Under the pieces are notes generated by a model. It made no database searches. It was not told the DNA's origin and saw only the letters and a program-made list of their open reading frames with translations. A program made the position numbers and the translations under genes. From Ranitomeya imitator (taxonomy: Eukaryota): a stretch of DNA of 64,000 nucleotides. The stretch lies in NCBI RefSeq assembly GCF_032444005.1, contig NC_091288.1:205530001-205594000 (forward strand), in the 5' to 3' direction. Below are positions 62,411 through 64,000 of the stretch, one piece after another (position 1 is the first letter of the stretch; every line of letters begins with the position of its first letter).

Positions 62411-64000
62411 TGGGGACTACCATGAGGTTGGCATTATGGCAATGACTATGATGATGCTACTATTGGACTACCATGAGGTTGGCATTATGGCAGTGACTAT
62501 GATGATGGCAGTATTGGACTACCATGAGGTTGGCATTATGGCAGTGACTATGATGATGGCAGTATTGGACTACCATGAGGTTGGCATTATGGCAGTGACT
62601 ATGATGATGGCAGTATTGAACTACCATGAGATTGGCATTATGGCAATGACTATGATGAGAGCAGTATTGGACTACCATGAGATTGGCATTATGGCAGTGA
62701 CTATGATGATGGCAGTTTTGGACTACCATGAGATTGGCATTATGGCAGTGACTATGATGATGGCAGTATTAGACTACCATGAGGTTGGCATTATGGCAGT
62801 GACTATGATGATGGCAGTATTGGACTACCTTGAGATTGGCATTATGGCAGTGACTATGATGATGGCAGTATTGGACTACCATGAGATTGGCATTATGGCA
62901 ATGACTATGATGAGAGCAGTATTGGACTACCATGAGATTGGCATTATGGCAGTGACTATGATGATGGCAGTTTTGGACTACCATGAGGTTGGCATTATGG
63001 CAGTGACTATGATGAGAGCAGTATTGGACTACCATGAGATTGGCATTATGGCAGTGACTATGATGATGGCAGTTTTGGACTACCATGAGATTGGCATTAT
63101 GGCAGTGACTATGATGATGGCAGTATTGGACTACCTTGAGATTGGCATTATGGCAGTGACTATGATGATGGCAGTATTGGACTACCATGAGATTGGCATT
63201 ATGGCAGTGACTATGATGATGGCAGTATTAGACTACCATGAGGTTGGCATTATGGCAGTGACTATGATGAGAGCAGTATTGGACTACCTTGAGATTGGCA
63301 TTATGGCAGTGACTATGATGATGGCAGTATTGGACTACCATGAGATTGGCATTATGGCAATGACTATGATGAGAGCAGTATTGGACTACCATGAGATTGG
63401 CATTATGGCAGTGACTATGATGATGGCAGTTTTGGACTACCATGAGGTTGGCATTATGGCAGTGACTATGATGATGGCAGTATTGGACTACCTTGAGATT
63501 GGCATTATGGCAGTGACTATGATGATGGTAGTATTGGACTACCATGAGATTGGCATTATGGCAGTGACTATGATGAGGGCAGTATTGGACTACCTTGAGA
63601 TTGGCATTATGGCAATGACTATGATGAGAGCAGTATTGGACTACCATGAGATTGGCATTATGGCAGTGACTATGATGATGGCAGTTTTGGACTACCATGA
63701 GGTTGGCATTATGGCAGTGACTATGATGATGGTATTATTGGACTACCATGAGGTTGGCATTATGGCAGTGACTATGATGATGGTATTATTGGACTACCAT
63801 GAGGTTGGCATTATGGCAGTGACTATGATGATGGTAGTATTGGACTACCATGAGGTTGGCATTATGGCAGTGACTATGATGATGGTAGTATTGGACTACC
63901 ATGAGGTTGGCATTATGGCAGTGACTATGATGATGGTATTATTGGACTACCATGAGGTTGGCATTATGGCAGTCACTATGATGATGGTATTATTGGACTA
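62411..64000. repeat. 51 bp array GGACTACCATGAGGTTGGCATTATGGCAGTGACTATGATGATGGCAGTATT, about 31 copies, runs off the window
   Basis: Directly visible; no indels seen. Confidence 0.97.

Noticed and set aside
62411-64000. Multi-selenocysteine protein in the third plus frame (UGWHYGSDYDDGSIGLP)n, with TGA fixed in every unit
   Set aside because: A TAG at about 62384 closes the frame upstream, no SECIS is visible, and synonymous-looking variants occur in the other frames too.

Overview
Eukaryotic (vertebrate) genomic DNA, not microbial. The transposon landscape suggests a frog, which is an inference. Three conserved multi-exon genes were reconstructed by hand with GT-AG sites and consistent phases: DCTN5 (minus, 6 exons, 182 aa), PALB2 (plus, 13 canonical exons, 1247 aa, probably with an extra upstream coding mini-exon) and NDUFAB1 (plus, 4 coding exons, 150 aa, plus a probable 3'UTR exon). 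DCTN5 and PALB2 are head-to-head with start codons about 120 bp apart. Introns and spacers are packed with mobile DNA: a 6.2 kb DIRS1-type tyrosine-recombinase retrotransposon with perfect cis-elements but ruined ORFs, an apparently intact DD34E Tc1 transposon, a chimeric Tc1/MITE/CR1 element, a degraded Tc1, a V-SINE, many MITEs, and several minisatellites (33, 86/81, 31, 18/36 and 51 bp units). The last 15 kb are the least explained. They hold a candidate antisense gene interdigitated with the NDUFAB1 3' end, a CpG-rich region with a signal-peptide exon, an assembly gap, and two long repeat arrays that each keep one frame open (765 aa, and about 595 codons running off the window). No CRISPR array, rRNA or genuine tRNA gene is supported. 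All family names come from motif recognition, not database searches.
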